Position numbers and translations under genes: made by a program | Assembly: GCA_963693365.1 (NCBI GenBank) | Contig: CAVNZM010000012.1 | Span: 8,560,001 to 8,624,000 of the forward strand | Direction: 5' to 3' | From: Amoebidium appalachense | Taxonomy: Eukaryota; Protista; Ichthyosporea | Length of the DNA: 64,000 nt | Shown: one piece after another, positions 26,436 through 50,397 of the stretch | Position numbering within the stretch: the first letter of the stretch is position 1 | How the letters are laid out: each line of letters opens with the position of its first letter | Notes under the pieces: model-generated | The model's database searches: none | Told to the model about the DNA's origin: nothing | What the model saw: only the letters and a program-made list of their open reading frames with translations

Positions 26436-28372
26436 ATGTGCTCCTCCCTTGCGACAGAAGGGGAATTTGCACACGGTGGCATTTGGACACCCTGAAGGCT
26501 TGATCTGACAAACAAACCCGCCCCAGACCACAGCCCCCTGCTTATCCTTCCCCCCGAGCTTGTCACATACATCATCCGGTTTCTGCCGTGGGCCGACTGC
26601 AAGAACTTTTCGCTGGTCTGCCGCCGCTTCTGCGCCCTCGCTCTGTCCCCCCATGCCGGCCTCGTGAAACTACACATCCCACGGTTCAAATTGGACGCAC
26701 GTGGAACCGTAAGTAATCCAAGTTCCGAAGGTGGAGGAGCTCAAAGCATCCGGGGAGGCGGTCGGTTCAGTGCGAGTGCATATGCGGGGTACGGAACGGA
26801 TAGCGAATTCAAGCAGCGACGCACTGTCTTCACTACCGCAAGTGCTCGCATCACTGCCAAATGTGGGTGAACTGCACGTGCAATGGGGTGGTTCTTTTTT
26901 GGACGACGAGTTTTGGGCAGAGGTGTTTGTGTTGGTCGTCACGGCACTCGAAAACAAACTGCGGGAAGTCAACGTTAAATTTGGCGACTACAGCAGGGAT
27001 AATTGTATCTCGGTGCATTGCCTCCATATGGGAGCATTGCACACGGCTGGAAAAAGTCGACATCTCCTGCAAAGAGGCTTCGGATTTTCCAACGCTGCAG
27101 CCAAGGGCAAGCATCAAACAACTGGCAATCGATTCAAGAAACAATGAGATCCTGCAGTGGATGATACAGGCGTGTCCGAACGTCGTGCGGGTAAAAACCT
27201 TGTGTATTTTGGGCCTCGTGCACACCATGTCGGTTTTGCAAGCGTACACAAACCTTACCCACCTAAGTGTAACTGCATACCATAGGGCCGTAGGGACATT
27301 TAGGGAGATCGTCTATCTCCCAAATTTGGAAGTTTTCAAAATCACGGCAGACCAGCCACTGGATGTAAGTGTGTTGGCGTCGTGTTCGCGATTGAGTGAT
27401 GTTTCCATTGAGTGTAACGGACTGCCCGCAGGCCTACCGAAGTTCGAATCGCAGCGACTGGAGTCGATTGAGATAATTCACGGTGCCTATATGCTGCGCA
27501 TGCAGATGGGCGATTTTTCTTTTCTTTCCGGGCAGGCAACCACACTAAAGAGGCTTAGGCTTGTGCAGGCGCAGGTGAGCCTCTATTCCCTCGCCATGTT
27601 CACAGCACTCACATCACTTGTGCTTGAGCGCTGCGTCTGTGAGTCAGTTGATAGCCCGGTGGGGGACATCAAAGTCAGCCTAGACCCACACCCCCACCTC
27701 CGGCACCTAGAAATCCACGATTTATACTCTGGTGAAGTGGGGAAGCTGGTTGGTGTTCATGCCTCCAAGGACCACACACACCTACGGTCTGTAGAGTTGA
27801 GCTGGTTGCCTCGGTTGCGCGAGGTGGAGTTTCTGGCACGTTGCCTGTTACTGCAAAGATTGGCGATCATAGAATGCGTCGACCTAGACATGCACACAGT
27901 AGACCTGCCACCATCCCTCGCCGAGCTTTGCTTCGACAGTGTGGGGGGCACGGTTCTCCCTCGATTGGCCAACTGCCCATCCCTCCGCCGAATCGGCATT
28001 ACTTGTTGCGACTCGTTGAATTCTCTCGGAGGTGGCCCCGTTCATGCGCCGGCGGTAACCAACGTCACGATCGAAGGTTGTCACAAATTGACAGACATCC
28101 GTCTGCTTGCACAAATGCCCGCCCTTCCAATGCTCAACCTTCGCCATTTGAGTAGAGTGCGCGATTTGGCCTGTTTCGTTGGCCACCCCAAGCTGCAGCA
28201 AGTGGATGTGTTTTTGCCCGACGTCAGTCTCCTGCCCCTTACCAACACGTGCCCCAACATCACAAGCGGATCCGTCGGCTTCACTCACAGGCGGGGCTAC
28301 CCACCAAGTCCAGTGGCACAGCAGGAAGAGCGCATTGCCGCACTGGAAAGGGCACTCCGCGAGAGAAAATAG
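26436..28372 (+). pseudogene. Intronless F-box/leucine-rich-repeat gene, disrupted by an in-frame TGA and two +1 frameshifts
   Basis: ATG at 26436 and in-frame TGA at 26493. The F-box LLILPPELVTYIIRFLPWADCKNFSLVCRRF follows (~26541-26633). One frameshift is at a GTAAGTAA microduplication (26709-26716) and a second is near 26995-27030. A long LRR tract then runs to TAG at 28372 (e.g. LPNLEVFKIT, LSDVSIECNGL, LRSVELSWLPRL, VTNVTIEGCHKLTDIRLLAQMPAL). Confidence 0.75.
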
Positions 28373-28386
28373 CGGCCTCTAAAGGG

Positions 28387-28433
<47 letters not shown>

Positions 28434-28642
28434 CCCTGCTCAATATGCGTGCTCTTTGCGCTTGCGCTTTCTTGCTAAATCTGCAATGTGTTAATTGTCG
28501 TATATTTCTGCCTTGCACTTGGTAACTTGTTGAATTTCCTCTTACACCTTCTCTCCCACCAACTACGGAAACACATTATACAAACACACAAGTTATCCCC
28601 CCCTCCCCCCCCCCCCCCCTTCTCCCCCCTTCCTCTCACCCC

Positions 28643-28673
<31 letters not shown>

Positions 28674-28979
28674 AAAAAAAAAAAAGTCTATGGAAGACCC
28701 CTCTTCATCTTCCCCTGGCAGTGGCTGGAGGTAGTTGAATGCAGGAATCATAGTATGTTTGCACTCGATGACCAAGTTCGGTTTTGTTCACTGGTAGTGA
28801 TCCTCTTGTACGGCCACATACAGTTCAATCACAAACATTCTCTCTGTATCGTTTGCATTAATCCCCCCCCCCCACCCCCCACCCACCCAAAGACACACGC
28901 ATACATAACCGCATCCGCAATCCCACACACCCACACACTCATCCCCACACAAACACAAGCACCCACACACACACTGAGT

Positions 28980-29038
<59 letters not shown>

Positions 29039-29119
29039 TCACTCACTCACTCACTCACACTCACACACATGCACACATACACACACACAGACACTCACGC
29101 ACTCAACGCGCACACACAT

Positions 29120-29232
<113 letters not shown>

Positions 29233-29386
29233 GCAAACACAAACACCACACACCACACATGCATTGTTTTTTGTTTTTTTCATAGAGCTCATACAAAAGT
29301 CTTTCCGAGCGGTTTTTTCTGTCTTTTGTTGATTCGTACACAACCTCGAAAAAAATATACATGAATGAAGGGGCACACGCCCGAGT

Positions 29387-29426
<40 letters not shown>

Positions 29427-30029
29427 ACATGTCACATGATATATGATATCTAGGGAGAGGGAGGGGAGGAAGAAGAGATGGTTGTTTAGAGGGGGGGGGG
29501 GGGGGGGGGGGGAAGCGAGAGCATTCATGTGCGAGCACTCTTCCCGCACATGCGCGTGCACACTTCACAAACACACGTCTACACACATGCGCGCACGCGC
29601 GCCAGCGCACACACGCACACGCACACGCACACGCACACACATGCACACACACACACACATTCATATTCACACAAACACAAACAAACCACGGCAAACACAC
29701 AGACATCCCCCTCCCCCCTCCCTCCCCCCCCCCCCCCCCACACACACACACACACATGCACACATAAATATACACACGCACGTGCGCGCGCACATACGCA
29801 CGCCTGGACACGCACACACACGTTCTTGCCCCCCTCCCCCCCCCCCCCCCCCCCCCCTCAATATTTCCTTTTTCCTCCCCCTTCCTCTCTCCCTGTTTTT
29901 GTGTCTGTCTCTGTATCTCATTTTCACAGAGAAAGACTTGTTCACTCACTCAGCCACGTGCACAACATACGCACGCACGCACACACACACACACACACAC
30001 ACATGCTCACACACACATGCTCACACATG

Positions 30030-30062
<33 letters not shown>

Positions 30063-30249
30063 ACCTGCAAAAACACGTAGATGTGTTCACATGGCTGCCC
30101 CCTGTCACACACAGGCACATAACCGCAAGGGCGCCTTTCCTTCCGCGCGCGCACGGCCGCATGCGCATTCGCGCGCACTCACCAACACACACACATACAC
30201 ATTCAGTCACGTGCACCCACACCCACACACGCATAGACAGACACACAAA

Positions 30250-30369
<120 letters not shown>

Positions 30370-30944
30370 CGACATACCTATTGCCTACTCACACGTGGCA
30401 CCTATTTAATTTACACACACTGTGTCACACTGACACCCACAGGATGTACTCTGGCCCTTACGGCACTACCAGTACGGATGGGCCAGCCGGCATGACGTCA
30501 GCTCGAGGGCAAACCGTCGCAACGGTTTCATCCTCTTCCCCTGCCGAGGCCTTCCCATTTGGCCTTTATCTTTCATATCTCCTATCGTTTTCTTTTTTTA
30601 TTCATTTTGTCCTTAGACTTTGCCTTTCCTTTTTTAATATGATATACGTGTGAGGGAGGGACGCCACAAAAGAAGAAAAGGGGGCCGGGAGAAGGAGGGG
30701 GGGGGGGGGGGGGGGGGGGAGAGGGGGGGGGGGGGGTATAGTCTCAGGGTTGTGGTTGGTGCTTTGGTGCTCCTATTTGTTTTCAAGCTCCAAAGTTCTT
30801 GTTTGGTTGGGTGGCTGGATTTTGGCTGTCCGTTCTGGATCAGAATTTGTTGCTTGCTCAAACACATGACATACAAAATAGAAACTGACACTATTCATTG
30901 GTTGATGTTCTGTTGTTAAAATTAAGAAAAATATTTATTGGACA

Positions 30945-31019
30945 GCCAATAGGTAAGGAGTTTTTGTAGCGATGAGGAGTTATGGCAAACATTGCTACAA
31001 AAACTCCTTACCTATTGGC
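30945..31019. other. Perfect 26-bp inverted repeat (75-nt hairpin)
   Basis: gccaataggtaaggagtttttgtagc (30945-30970) and its exact reverse complement gctacaaaaactccttacctattggc (30994-31019), with a 23-nt loop. Confidence 0.9.
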
Positions 31020-32378
31020 GAACATGAATTTAAAGCTGGCCCTTTTCTTTCCGTGTATTTGTTGATGATACTATAGCAATATAATGCATGTTCTTTTTCA
31101 GTATCAGGTTCACTACCTTTACATTGGCATAAAATTAGAAAGCTCTGCTGAATAATGGTTGTGAAGATAGAGGACGTTTTTTTTATTGTTTGTTTTTTTA
31201 TGGGGAATGGGGGGGGGGGGGGGGGGGGGGGGGGGAGGCTGGGGCATACAGAAGAGATGTATAATTCAACGGTTACGATGTGTGTACACATGTGCTACGT
31301 TGTGAATGAAACATCATACTTCCGAGTTCGAATATTACCAAAAGGGTTGACTAGCAAATATCAATATCATCTTTCGATTATCATACGGAAAGCCCGTTTT
31401 CACAGGAGGAACTCTCTCCTCGATCGCTCCAAACGCAGGCATACATATGTGCGCACCCACACACACATGGCAGTGCCCAATTGGAGGAAGGGAGGGAGGG
31501 AGGGGGTGGGAGGGGGGGGGGGGGGGGGGGGGGGGAGGGGGGGCTGAGTGTGTTGCGGTACAGATGTCTGTGATGGCTAGTCTGTGATGTATGTGTATCG
31601 GCGAGTCTTTGACATTGCCTTCCTATCTCTGCCCACGCGTCACTGCGTGTGGATGGGTGGGTTTAGGGTTGGCTACACCATCAGCCTGCGGCATGTGCGT
31701 GGCGGGTGGAGTAATGTGTATGCGTGTGCCGTGTATCACTGAGTGTGTCACAAGTTGCGTGCATGCGCATAGAGGCTTACAAGGCAAACAGAAGTTGAAG
31801 GTTGATCAAGAGAGGTGTGTTGCAGTGTGTGACTAATAAGTTGGTAATGTGCTGGCTTGCGTGCAGGTGTCACAGTGTGGGCGAATGCATTCATGCTACG
31901 ACGCATATGATGGGGGAGTCGAAGGGTATGTGCACGTCTCTAGATCTGTGCATATACTTGGTAGCAATGTTTGCGATGGGGTTGTGGGAATCAATTCAGA
32001 GAGGGCTTGGCGCCGAGCTAGGGTGCCACTGGCAGAAAGAGTGGGTAGGAGAGATGCCCGTGTCGCAGCGGCGGCCCCTCAAGGAGAATGTAAGGACGAT
32101 TTGTGCTTCGGGGGTGGGGTGGGGGGTGGGAGGGGGAGGGGAGGGGGGGGGGGGGGGGGGGGGGCGGTTGCTAAGTCAGTCAGACGCAAATTTATGGACA
32201 GAACATAAAAGGAATTGATGAAGATGTAAGAAGAGATTGAAGATGTGCCGTGACTTGCCAAAAAGAAAAATTAATAGCAGCTTCCATGAAAAGAATGTGG
32301 CAAGACCTTTTGAACCAAGCGGGAGAAACTGAAGAAAAAAAGTGGATTCACCTAGTTTCTGGTTGGGAGAGAGAAGGT

Positions 32379-32409
<31 letters not shown>

Positions 32410-32733
32410 GGGGGGAGGGGGGGGAAGCCCTGGGGGCGGAGGGTGGGGGAGGAGGGGAGGGGGAGGGGGGAGGGGAAGGGGGGGATCCGAAGGGCGGAGG
32501 GGCGGGGGGATTCCATGCGCACCTCAGATAATGGCATAGTATTACTCTTTCAACCTCCAATATAAAAATATGAAAAAGTGACACCGTCAGCAAGAGCCTT
32601 GAATCATGGCAAAACCGTGTGTTGGAGTAAATTTCAAGAGGGGGTCGGGCCCCAGTGGGAGAGGGCAAAAACGGGGGGGGGGGAGGGGGGCGGGACCCGG
32701 TTTAATGTTCGTTGAAGGTCACGGTGGGAAAGA

Positions 32734-32765
<32 letters not shown>

Positions 32766-32786
32766 GGGGGGGGGGGAGGGGGGGAA

Positions 32787-32817
<31 letters not shown>

Positions 32818-33420
32818 AGGGGCGAGCTCAGGGTGGTCAGTAACTGGACAAATAGCCAGTCACCGTACTGTTGTGAAATGCCACACACAACATGCATGCT
32901 TTTATGTGTGCTTATTTACATGCGTGTCTGGTCACATGTGTGATACTGTCACAGTGACGGAGATGGTCGCGCGATCCCGGAGACGGTGAGCTAAGCGGCA
33001 GAGAAACGGATCAATTTCAAACCGTTTTGGGGTAACCGTTGGGCCGGAAAGGAAGGGGGAGGGGGGAGGGAGGAGGGAAGAGCGTGAGGGGGAGGCGGTG
33101 GGGCGGGGGAGGGGGGGGGGGGGGGGGGGAGGGAAGGGAGGGGGAGGGGGGGGGGGGGGGGGGGGGGGATAATGGAGCCAGAGTACTAGTGGCGATTCGA
33201 TTCGTCGGGAACAGTCTATTCAATGCCATTGGTGACCTTCGGAAGGGACCGTGGTTTTTTTTGTTTTTTCTTTTTTAAAAGTTTTTAAAGGCTTTATTAT
33301 ACCTCACTGTGATTCGGAAGATTGGTCCTCAAGTAAGGCTGCCGGTATTAAATGGAAATCGCTACAGATACCGTCCGCTTCCATAATAATTAAGAACTTG
33401 AACTCCTCGAAAAATCTGGT

Positions 33421-33455
<35 letters not shown>

Positions 33456-33639
33456 GGGGGGTGGGGGGGGTGACCTTACTGGCGGCGGGGGCGGGGCGGG
33501 GCGCGGGGTGGGGGGGGGGGGGGGGGAGGGGGGCGGGGGGAGGGGGGAAGGGGAGGGGAAGGGGGGTCCGGGCCCGGTTGGAGGGGGGCGGGGGAGGGGG
33601 GAGGGGAGGGGAAGGGGGGTCCGGGCCCGGTTGGAGGGG

Positions 33640-33679
<40 letters not shown>

Positions 33680-34903
33680 CGGCGGGAACATACCCGATAA
33701 TACCAATTGCAAAGTGCTGCAAACCCCCAACCTAGCAGGCAAAAGAGGAGCTACTTTACTAACAAAACCTATGACCACCAGTGGCACGTGGAAAAGAGTA
33801 TACCGAGTGGAGACGCTTCAGGCCAACATGATCCATAATTATAAATTAATTGATTTAATTGGTTGATTATGCATGATCCAGCATGAATTTCTCTTCCGTG
33901 GGTCCCCCATTCATGAACGATTAAGACCATGCCGACATCTGGCCGAGGGAGCATGAACGTATTTTTTCTTAAAAGGAATAGAGGCTAATATTTGGGTTGC
34001 CGCAGGCTTGAAGTCTTAATAGCGGTGAACATGTACAATAGCGTTCGATATCTGTGGTATTAAGCAGTACTTACTTGCTACAAGACAACAGAAGCAACTT
34101 AGCGAATCTCTCAAGGGGTACCGGCAGAATCCTTGGGGGCTGTGTTGGCCCCGGGGTAGATTTCTTTCTTCCGCCGGGTGGATTTCTTTCTTCCACTGGG
34201 TGGATTTGCGTCAGGAGTACCGAAGCCACACTGCAAACCAACGAAGAGAGTCAGCTGATGGGGGCCGGGTGTAAGGGGGGAGGAATTTGGACTCCGATGT
34301 GGGGAAAATCGGGGGGGGGGGGGGGGGGGGAGGGAGGCGCTGGAGAGAGAGAGAGCATGAGCCGGGCCCTGCTTGCCAGAGGAGAAGGAAAAGTTTGGGC
34401 TGGGGGCCGCAGTAACGGGGATTGCAATTTTCATTTAGGAGGGTTGACTGAAATCATCACCGGGTAACTCGTTAGATGCGTTGCAAGCTGTACTACTTAT
34501 AAGAAGGTAAGAAAACCTAATTTAGCATGCCCGGTGCCTAGGAGCGGAAGGGCTAAAATACTAGACTGGAGGTATAGAGGTTCATGTGACGGTCGGAAAA
34601 TGCAAAGGTTTGTATGAAGTACAGGCATAGGAGGACCGCATGGTTAGTAGAAGGTGTAGATCATCTAGAAGGCCGTTTAGAAGGTTTAGAATTCTTCAAA
34701 GTGTAAGCTTTTCTGATATAGGAGGCTCATACATGATGATTACAAGATAAAGCCTTATGATTTGTATAGAGATTTCCCGGCACTCTGCAGACACAAAACG
34801 AACACTCGGGAAGAGCTCGAGGAGGATTAAATATTTGCTGAAAATTTGAGGAATGGGAGTGGGTGAGGTGTGCATGCGTACGGTAGAGCCCATGCACAAG
34901 GGG

Positions 34904-34950
<47 letters not shown>

Positions 34951-35614
34951 CGGTCTCGACCGAGGCACTTGCTAAGCTGTGTGTGACGCTGGTGCGCGCG
35001 TGATGTGTGTACACGTGTGCATGTGTGGTGTCACAGTGCACGTTTGCAATGTGTGTGTGTGTACACGTGTGTGTGTGTGTGTACATGTGTGTGTGTGTGT
35101 ACACGTGTGTGTGTGTGTGTACACGTGTGTGTGTGTGTGTACACGTGTGTGTGTGTGTGTACACGTGTGTGTGGTGTACACGTGTGTGTGTGTGTGTACA
35201 CGTGTGTGTGTGTGTACACGTGTGTGTGTGTGTGTACGCGTGTGTGTGTGTGTGTACACGTGTGTGTGTATGTGTGTGTGCGCGCGCCACGGTGTCTGTG
35301 CGTGTGTGTGTGTGCAGTGCGCGTGCGTGTGCATGTGTGTGTGCGTGCATGTGCGCGTGTGTGTGCCGTGTGTGTGTGTGTGTGTGTGCGTGTGTGTGTG
35401 TGTGTGCGTGCATGTGCGCGTGTGTGTGCTGTGCGTGTGTGTGTGTGTGCGTGTGTGTGTGTGTGTGGGGGGGGGGGGTCATTCAGGACATGTCAATAAG
35501 TATTACAACATGGTGCCCCGGTGATTGTGATGGGTGGATTGCACGTGAGAGCTATTAGCCCCTCGAGGAGCAACAGTAATTGCGTGATTTGCGGCTCGAT
35601 TTGGGGGAGAGGGT

Positions 35615-35650
<36 letters not shown>

Positions 35651-36098
35651 GGTTTGGTTGGTTGGTTGTGATAAATTGTAGTGTCAGGCTTTCCATTTGG
35701 TTTCCTTCCTTTAGTTCCAGGTGTGGTCTTTGATGCACTTACACAGCAACACGACACATGAAACCGACCGGTTCAACTTGGTTGATTTGTGTGACCTCAC
35801 AGAGGTTTCCGGTTTCTGGGCCCTGTCCAGCCGGCTCGGACTGATATGGGTTTATACACACGCACGTAAAGATAGGGCAACACGTTACTAATATTAGCGA
35901 ATGGGGCACCAGAATCCTCGAGAAAGGTCCGGTCCAATAAGAACCACCTAGCCTTAATCATGCCACAACAATTATCTTCTGAGTCTCCAACCCCCCCATG
36001 CACACAGTGCACAAACCACCCGTAGCCGACACCTACAATACATGCTAAACTGAGACCTTCAGTCTTAACAGGGAGATGCAAGTCACGAGCAATATCAC

Positions 36099-36152
<54 letters not shown>

Positions 36153-36340
36153 ACCACACACACACACACCCACACACCACGGAAAAGGGAAAAAAAAACA
36201 AACCAAAAAAAGAGAGAAAAAGAAAAGGCCCCAAGTGGCTACAAAGGGGAGAAACCAACTCACAAACTTTCGGGGGAAGGAAATCATCTACCACTCCAAA
36301 AAAAAAAAGGCAAAAACCCAAATGCCAGCACCGGCGCCCA

Positions 36341-36414
36341 CTCAGCGTTCCGTCATATCTTCTATAGCGGTGATGAGCACTGGTATTCTAATTTAGGCAG
36401 CACCATCACGTCCC
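36341..36414 (-). repeat. Partial duplicate of the 3' end of the BCCIP last exon in the 3' flank
   Basis: ctcagcgttccgtcatatcttctatagcggtgatgagcactggtattcta...ggcagcaccatcacgtccc matches 36539-36613. Confidence 0.9.
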
Positions 36415-36539
36415 TCCCCATCAAAAACTGAAAGGTCGACCCGACACAAAAGTAAAAACAAACATCCAAAGAGGCAAAAAAAACAAATAAACCAGCACAC
36501 AGAAAAAAAAAGTGCAAAAGTTCAAAGTGCGGTGCTCAC

Positions 36540-46923
<10,384 letters not shown>

Positions 46924-49623
46924 CCTGTATACCGTTATAGCGCTGTATATAATATTACGTGGGTATAAAAATCAATTACTTGGAGAAACAGAAGGGGAGT
47001 GTGTGCAGAAACAGACCGTGGTGCAGGCTGTCACATGTACATGCCCATGAACGAAGCTGTGAACGTTGTAAATATTTCACAAAAATGCAATTTTGCCGAA
47101 GATAGTTTTGAGCTGAATTGGGGACTTCACTTTCACTTCGATCTCTTAGCTGTTACGTCAACTTTTTTTTTTTCCCGATTCTTCACCATGGCAGGTATAT
47201 AAAGGCGTTCGTTTCTTCTTTTTGTGGTGGGAGGGAGTCCCACTCAGGGGAACGTGACTGCAGTGTGTGTGTGATGTGGTCTGGGGTATTCCTACTGCTG
47301 TGAGAGTGTGGGGGCATCTCCCTTTCGCGGAGTTTCTCGCTTGAGAAGTGGTTTCTTCAACACCTGGTGGTCCACTGCAACCTACGGTAACTTCTACACG
47401 CTGTCTACGCTTCTACGCGACCTATTGGCGGTGGGATGCTGCAACTTCTTCAGCTACTTCTGCGCTGCGTGAGTGGAGGGGCGGGTACTGGGTCGTCGGG
47501 GAGCTTTCCGGATCCCAGTGACTGCCATTTCTTAGCCTCCAGTCGTATGGCAATGACCGGGTTTGCTTGCATGCATTCTGTATTTGTGTTTTCCTGTGTG
47601 TCCTGCCACAACTAGGCCACCTGATCAGAGAGCTAGATGCAGTTTCTGCGGGTTATCTAGGGGCCGGGGCCGTTGGGATTGTTTTTTTAGCTCAGCTTTG
47701 GTCTAGATCTGCATTGCCCTTTTAGAGGCTGACTTGCTTGCTGTGCCTCGGTAGGTTTTGCGGGGGGCCTGTTGGGAAGCAGCAGTAATGATGTCTTCTT
47801 GCGGAGTGTGGTCTGGTCAACATCGATGCATATGACTAGTTGGAGCAAACTAGTTTCACGCATACACGCACACTTGTACCTTTGCCCGCTGGTGTCCTTT
47901 GTCACTTGTCGTTTTAATTTTATTTCGTAGCTTTGGCTTTTTCAGTTCTATTGGTGGTTATGTAGCCTGTGGCTGCACTTTGCCTTCATCAACGGATCAA
48001 TAAACCCGAGTCAAAAGAAGAAATAAAAAAATTCCAACGAGGAGCTTATTTGAAATTTAGATAAACTCGGGATAACGTTTCCAAAACGACAATCGCCGTG
48101 AGCGCGCCGAACTTGACTGCACAGCGGAGTTTGAGTTGACTCAAGTCACAGATTGCACCCATTAGCACACCAAGAAGAATTGTGAGCTCACTGGCACACG
48201 TGAAGAGGGTCAACCGGCAGCGTATACAGTATATGTACCCTATCTATAGGCGAAACAACAGTAAATACGTATGTAAAACCACACAGGTGTCGAGACAGCG
48301 GAGCGCCAGATTCATGATCAAGTGGGCTAGGTTACATTCCGTGATTGCATCTATAGCTTTATATGGCTATTCAAGGCGGAATCGGGATGGCGACAGGTCA
48401 CATACATTTGTGGCCAGTCCACTCAAGGATTACGTAATCGGGCAAACTTCTCTTGCAGTCCACTGAGTCCGGATGGTACGAGTCTCTCAACGAGTCTCGA
48501 ATTCGCACCAAATTGAAAAATAACAAATGAAAACCACGCGTTCCTACCCCTTAAGCATGGTGTGCACGTAGGATGTTGATATCATATGCCGAGACCTACT
48601 TGAGATTCAAATACGCAGTAACGGCCGGCACATACGCGGTTACGTGCGTGCCCCGCACACTGAAACCAACGCAGCTGCGCTGTGAAATAAGGGGGTTTAG
48701 GGCCAGAAAATTGCCCCTTGAAGTCCGAATTTTTTTAAGTTAGGTCCATCAATTTTCCAAAAAGTGGCTCTAAAATAGCCAAATATATAAGAAAATACAT
48801 CCAAAAACGATTGTCGGCTCTGTTAAGGCCATCCAGCCCGTTGAAAAGTTACCAAAATGGCGCCAGCCAAAAACAAATTTCACACCCTAGCTGAACCAAC
48901 GTACTCCGAGCAGTCATCGGATGACTCAGATGATACACTACAACCTTGTACTGTGACCGTCATCATGAGTCATGATGACCCTAGGCTGAGTTGCGAGTCA
49001 CGGAGACATATATGGTCTGAGGCCGTCACAGCCGAGCTTCGTTGGCTGCGCCCGTATAGGCTAGCTACTCGGCTCGTGCCTAGCTAGATGCACGTGCACA
49101 GGCTTTCAGAAGAATTTTTCCACGGCCGACGGCATACATGGAGCTTCCATGGCCGCGCAGGCAACATGTCCCGTGCACTGTTTTGCATGCCGCCGGCAGG
49201 CTGAGACGCGGCGCGGCCAGGCCCCGGGGGCCCGAACAAATCACCGTGGACGGTGGGTGGTTCTGGACGTATACGTGCACGGCGTACTCAGGGCCACACG
49301 TGCGCCGTGCAGCGCATGCCGCTTTGGCGGCGCCGCTACTAAGACTCTAGGTTAAATGATGAATGAGCATCATGTGTGATCTAAAGTGACTACTAGTAGG
49401 CACTGCCACTGAACTAGACCGTCATCTAGTGAATCATCAGACTGCGCACGGTACATGCCCCCAGATCCCGCGGAGGTGCACTAGTGCGCACTGCACGTGT
49501 CACCGAGCGCTAGCGCTGCCAACTTGTATCATCATCAGCCTACGGAGTCCGACACTCAGGGCAGTGCTTATTTAATACCTCTATGATAAATAGCTCTCTC
49601 CGCTCCTCCCTCCCTCCCTCCCT

Positions 49624-49629
<6 letters not shown>

Positions 49630-49722
<93 letters not shown>

Positions 49723-49726
49723 TGTG

Positions 49727-49777
<51 letters not shown>

Positions 49778-49849
49778 CCCCTCTCTTCCCCTCCTCCCCC
49801 CCTCCCCCCGCCTCCCCCCCCCCCCCCCCCCCTCTCCCCCCGACTGAGG

Positions 49850-49914
<65 letters not shown>

Positions 49915-49968
49915 CCCCCCCCCCCCCCCCCCCTCTCTCTCTTATAATATGAGTCTCTCTCTCTCTCT

Positions 49969-50037
<69 letters not shown>

Positions 50038-50041
50038 TGTG

Positions 50042-50094
<53 letters not shown>

Positions 50095-50161
50095 CCTCTC
50101 TTCCCCTCCTCCCCCCTCCCCCCGCCCTCCCCCCCCCCCCCCCCTCTCCCCCCGACTGAGG

Positions 50162-50226
<65 letters not shown>

Positions 50227-50274
50227 CTCCCCCCCCCCCTCTCTCTCTTATAATATGAGTCTCTCTCTCTCTCT

Positions 50275-50323
<49 letters not shown>

Positions 50324-50333
50324 ATTATTATAG

Positions 50334-50390
<57 letters not shown>
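49630..50390. repeat. ~310-bp tandem duplication of a (CT)n/(GT)n/poly-C mosaic
   Basis: Unique anchors cgactgaggcta (49841, 50153) and ttataatatgagtctc (~49942, ~50248) recur with a period of ~310. Confidence 0.8.

Positions 50391-50397
<7 letters not shown>

Noticed and set aside
26709-27034. Two 22-nt micro-introns rescuing the F-box/LRR frame
   Set aside because: The GTAA duplication explains the first shift, the second candidate removes LRR-like residues, an upstream in-frame TGA remains, and all other introns here are hundreds of nt. Kept only as an alternative.
47300-49400. Short ORFs (e.g. 48857-49087) and possible TE remnants upstream of BCCIP
   Set aside because: No recognisable domain, splice-compatible structure or convincing terminal repeats.
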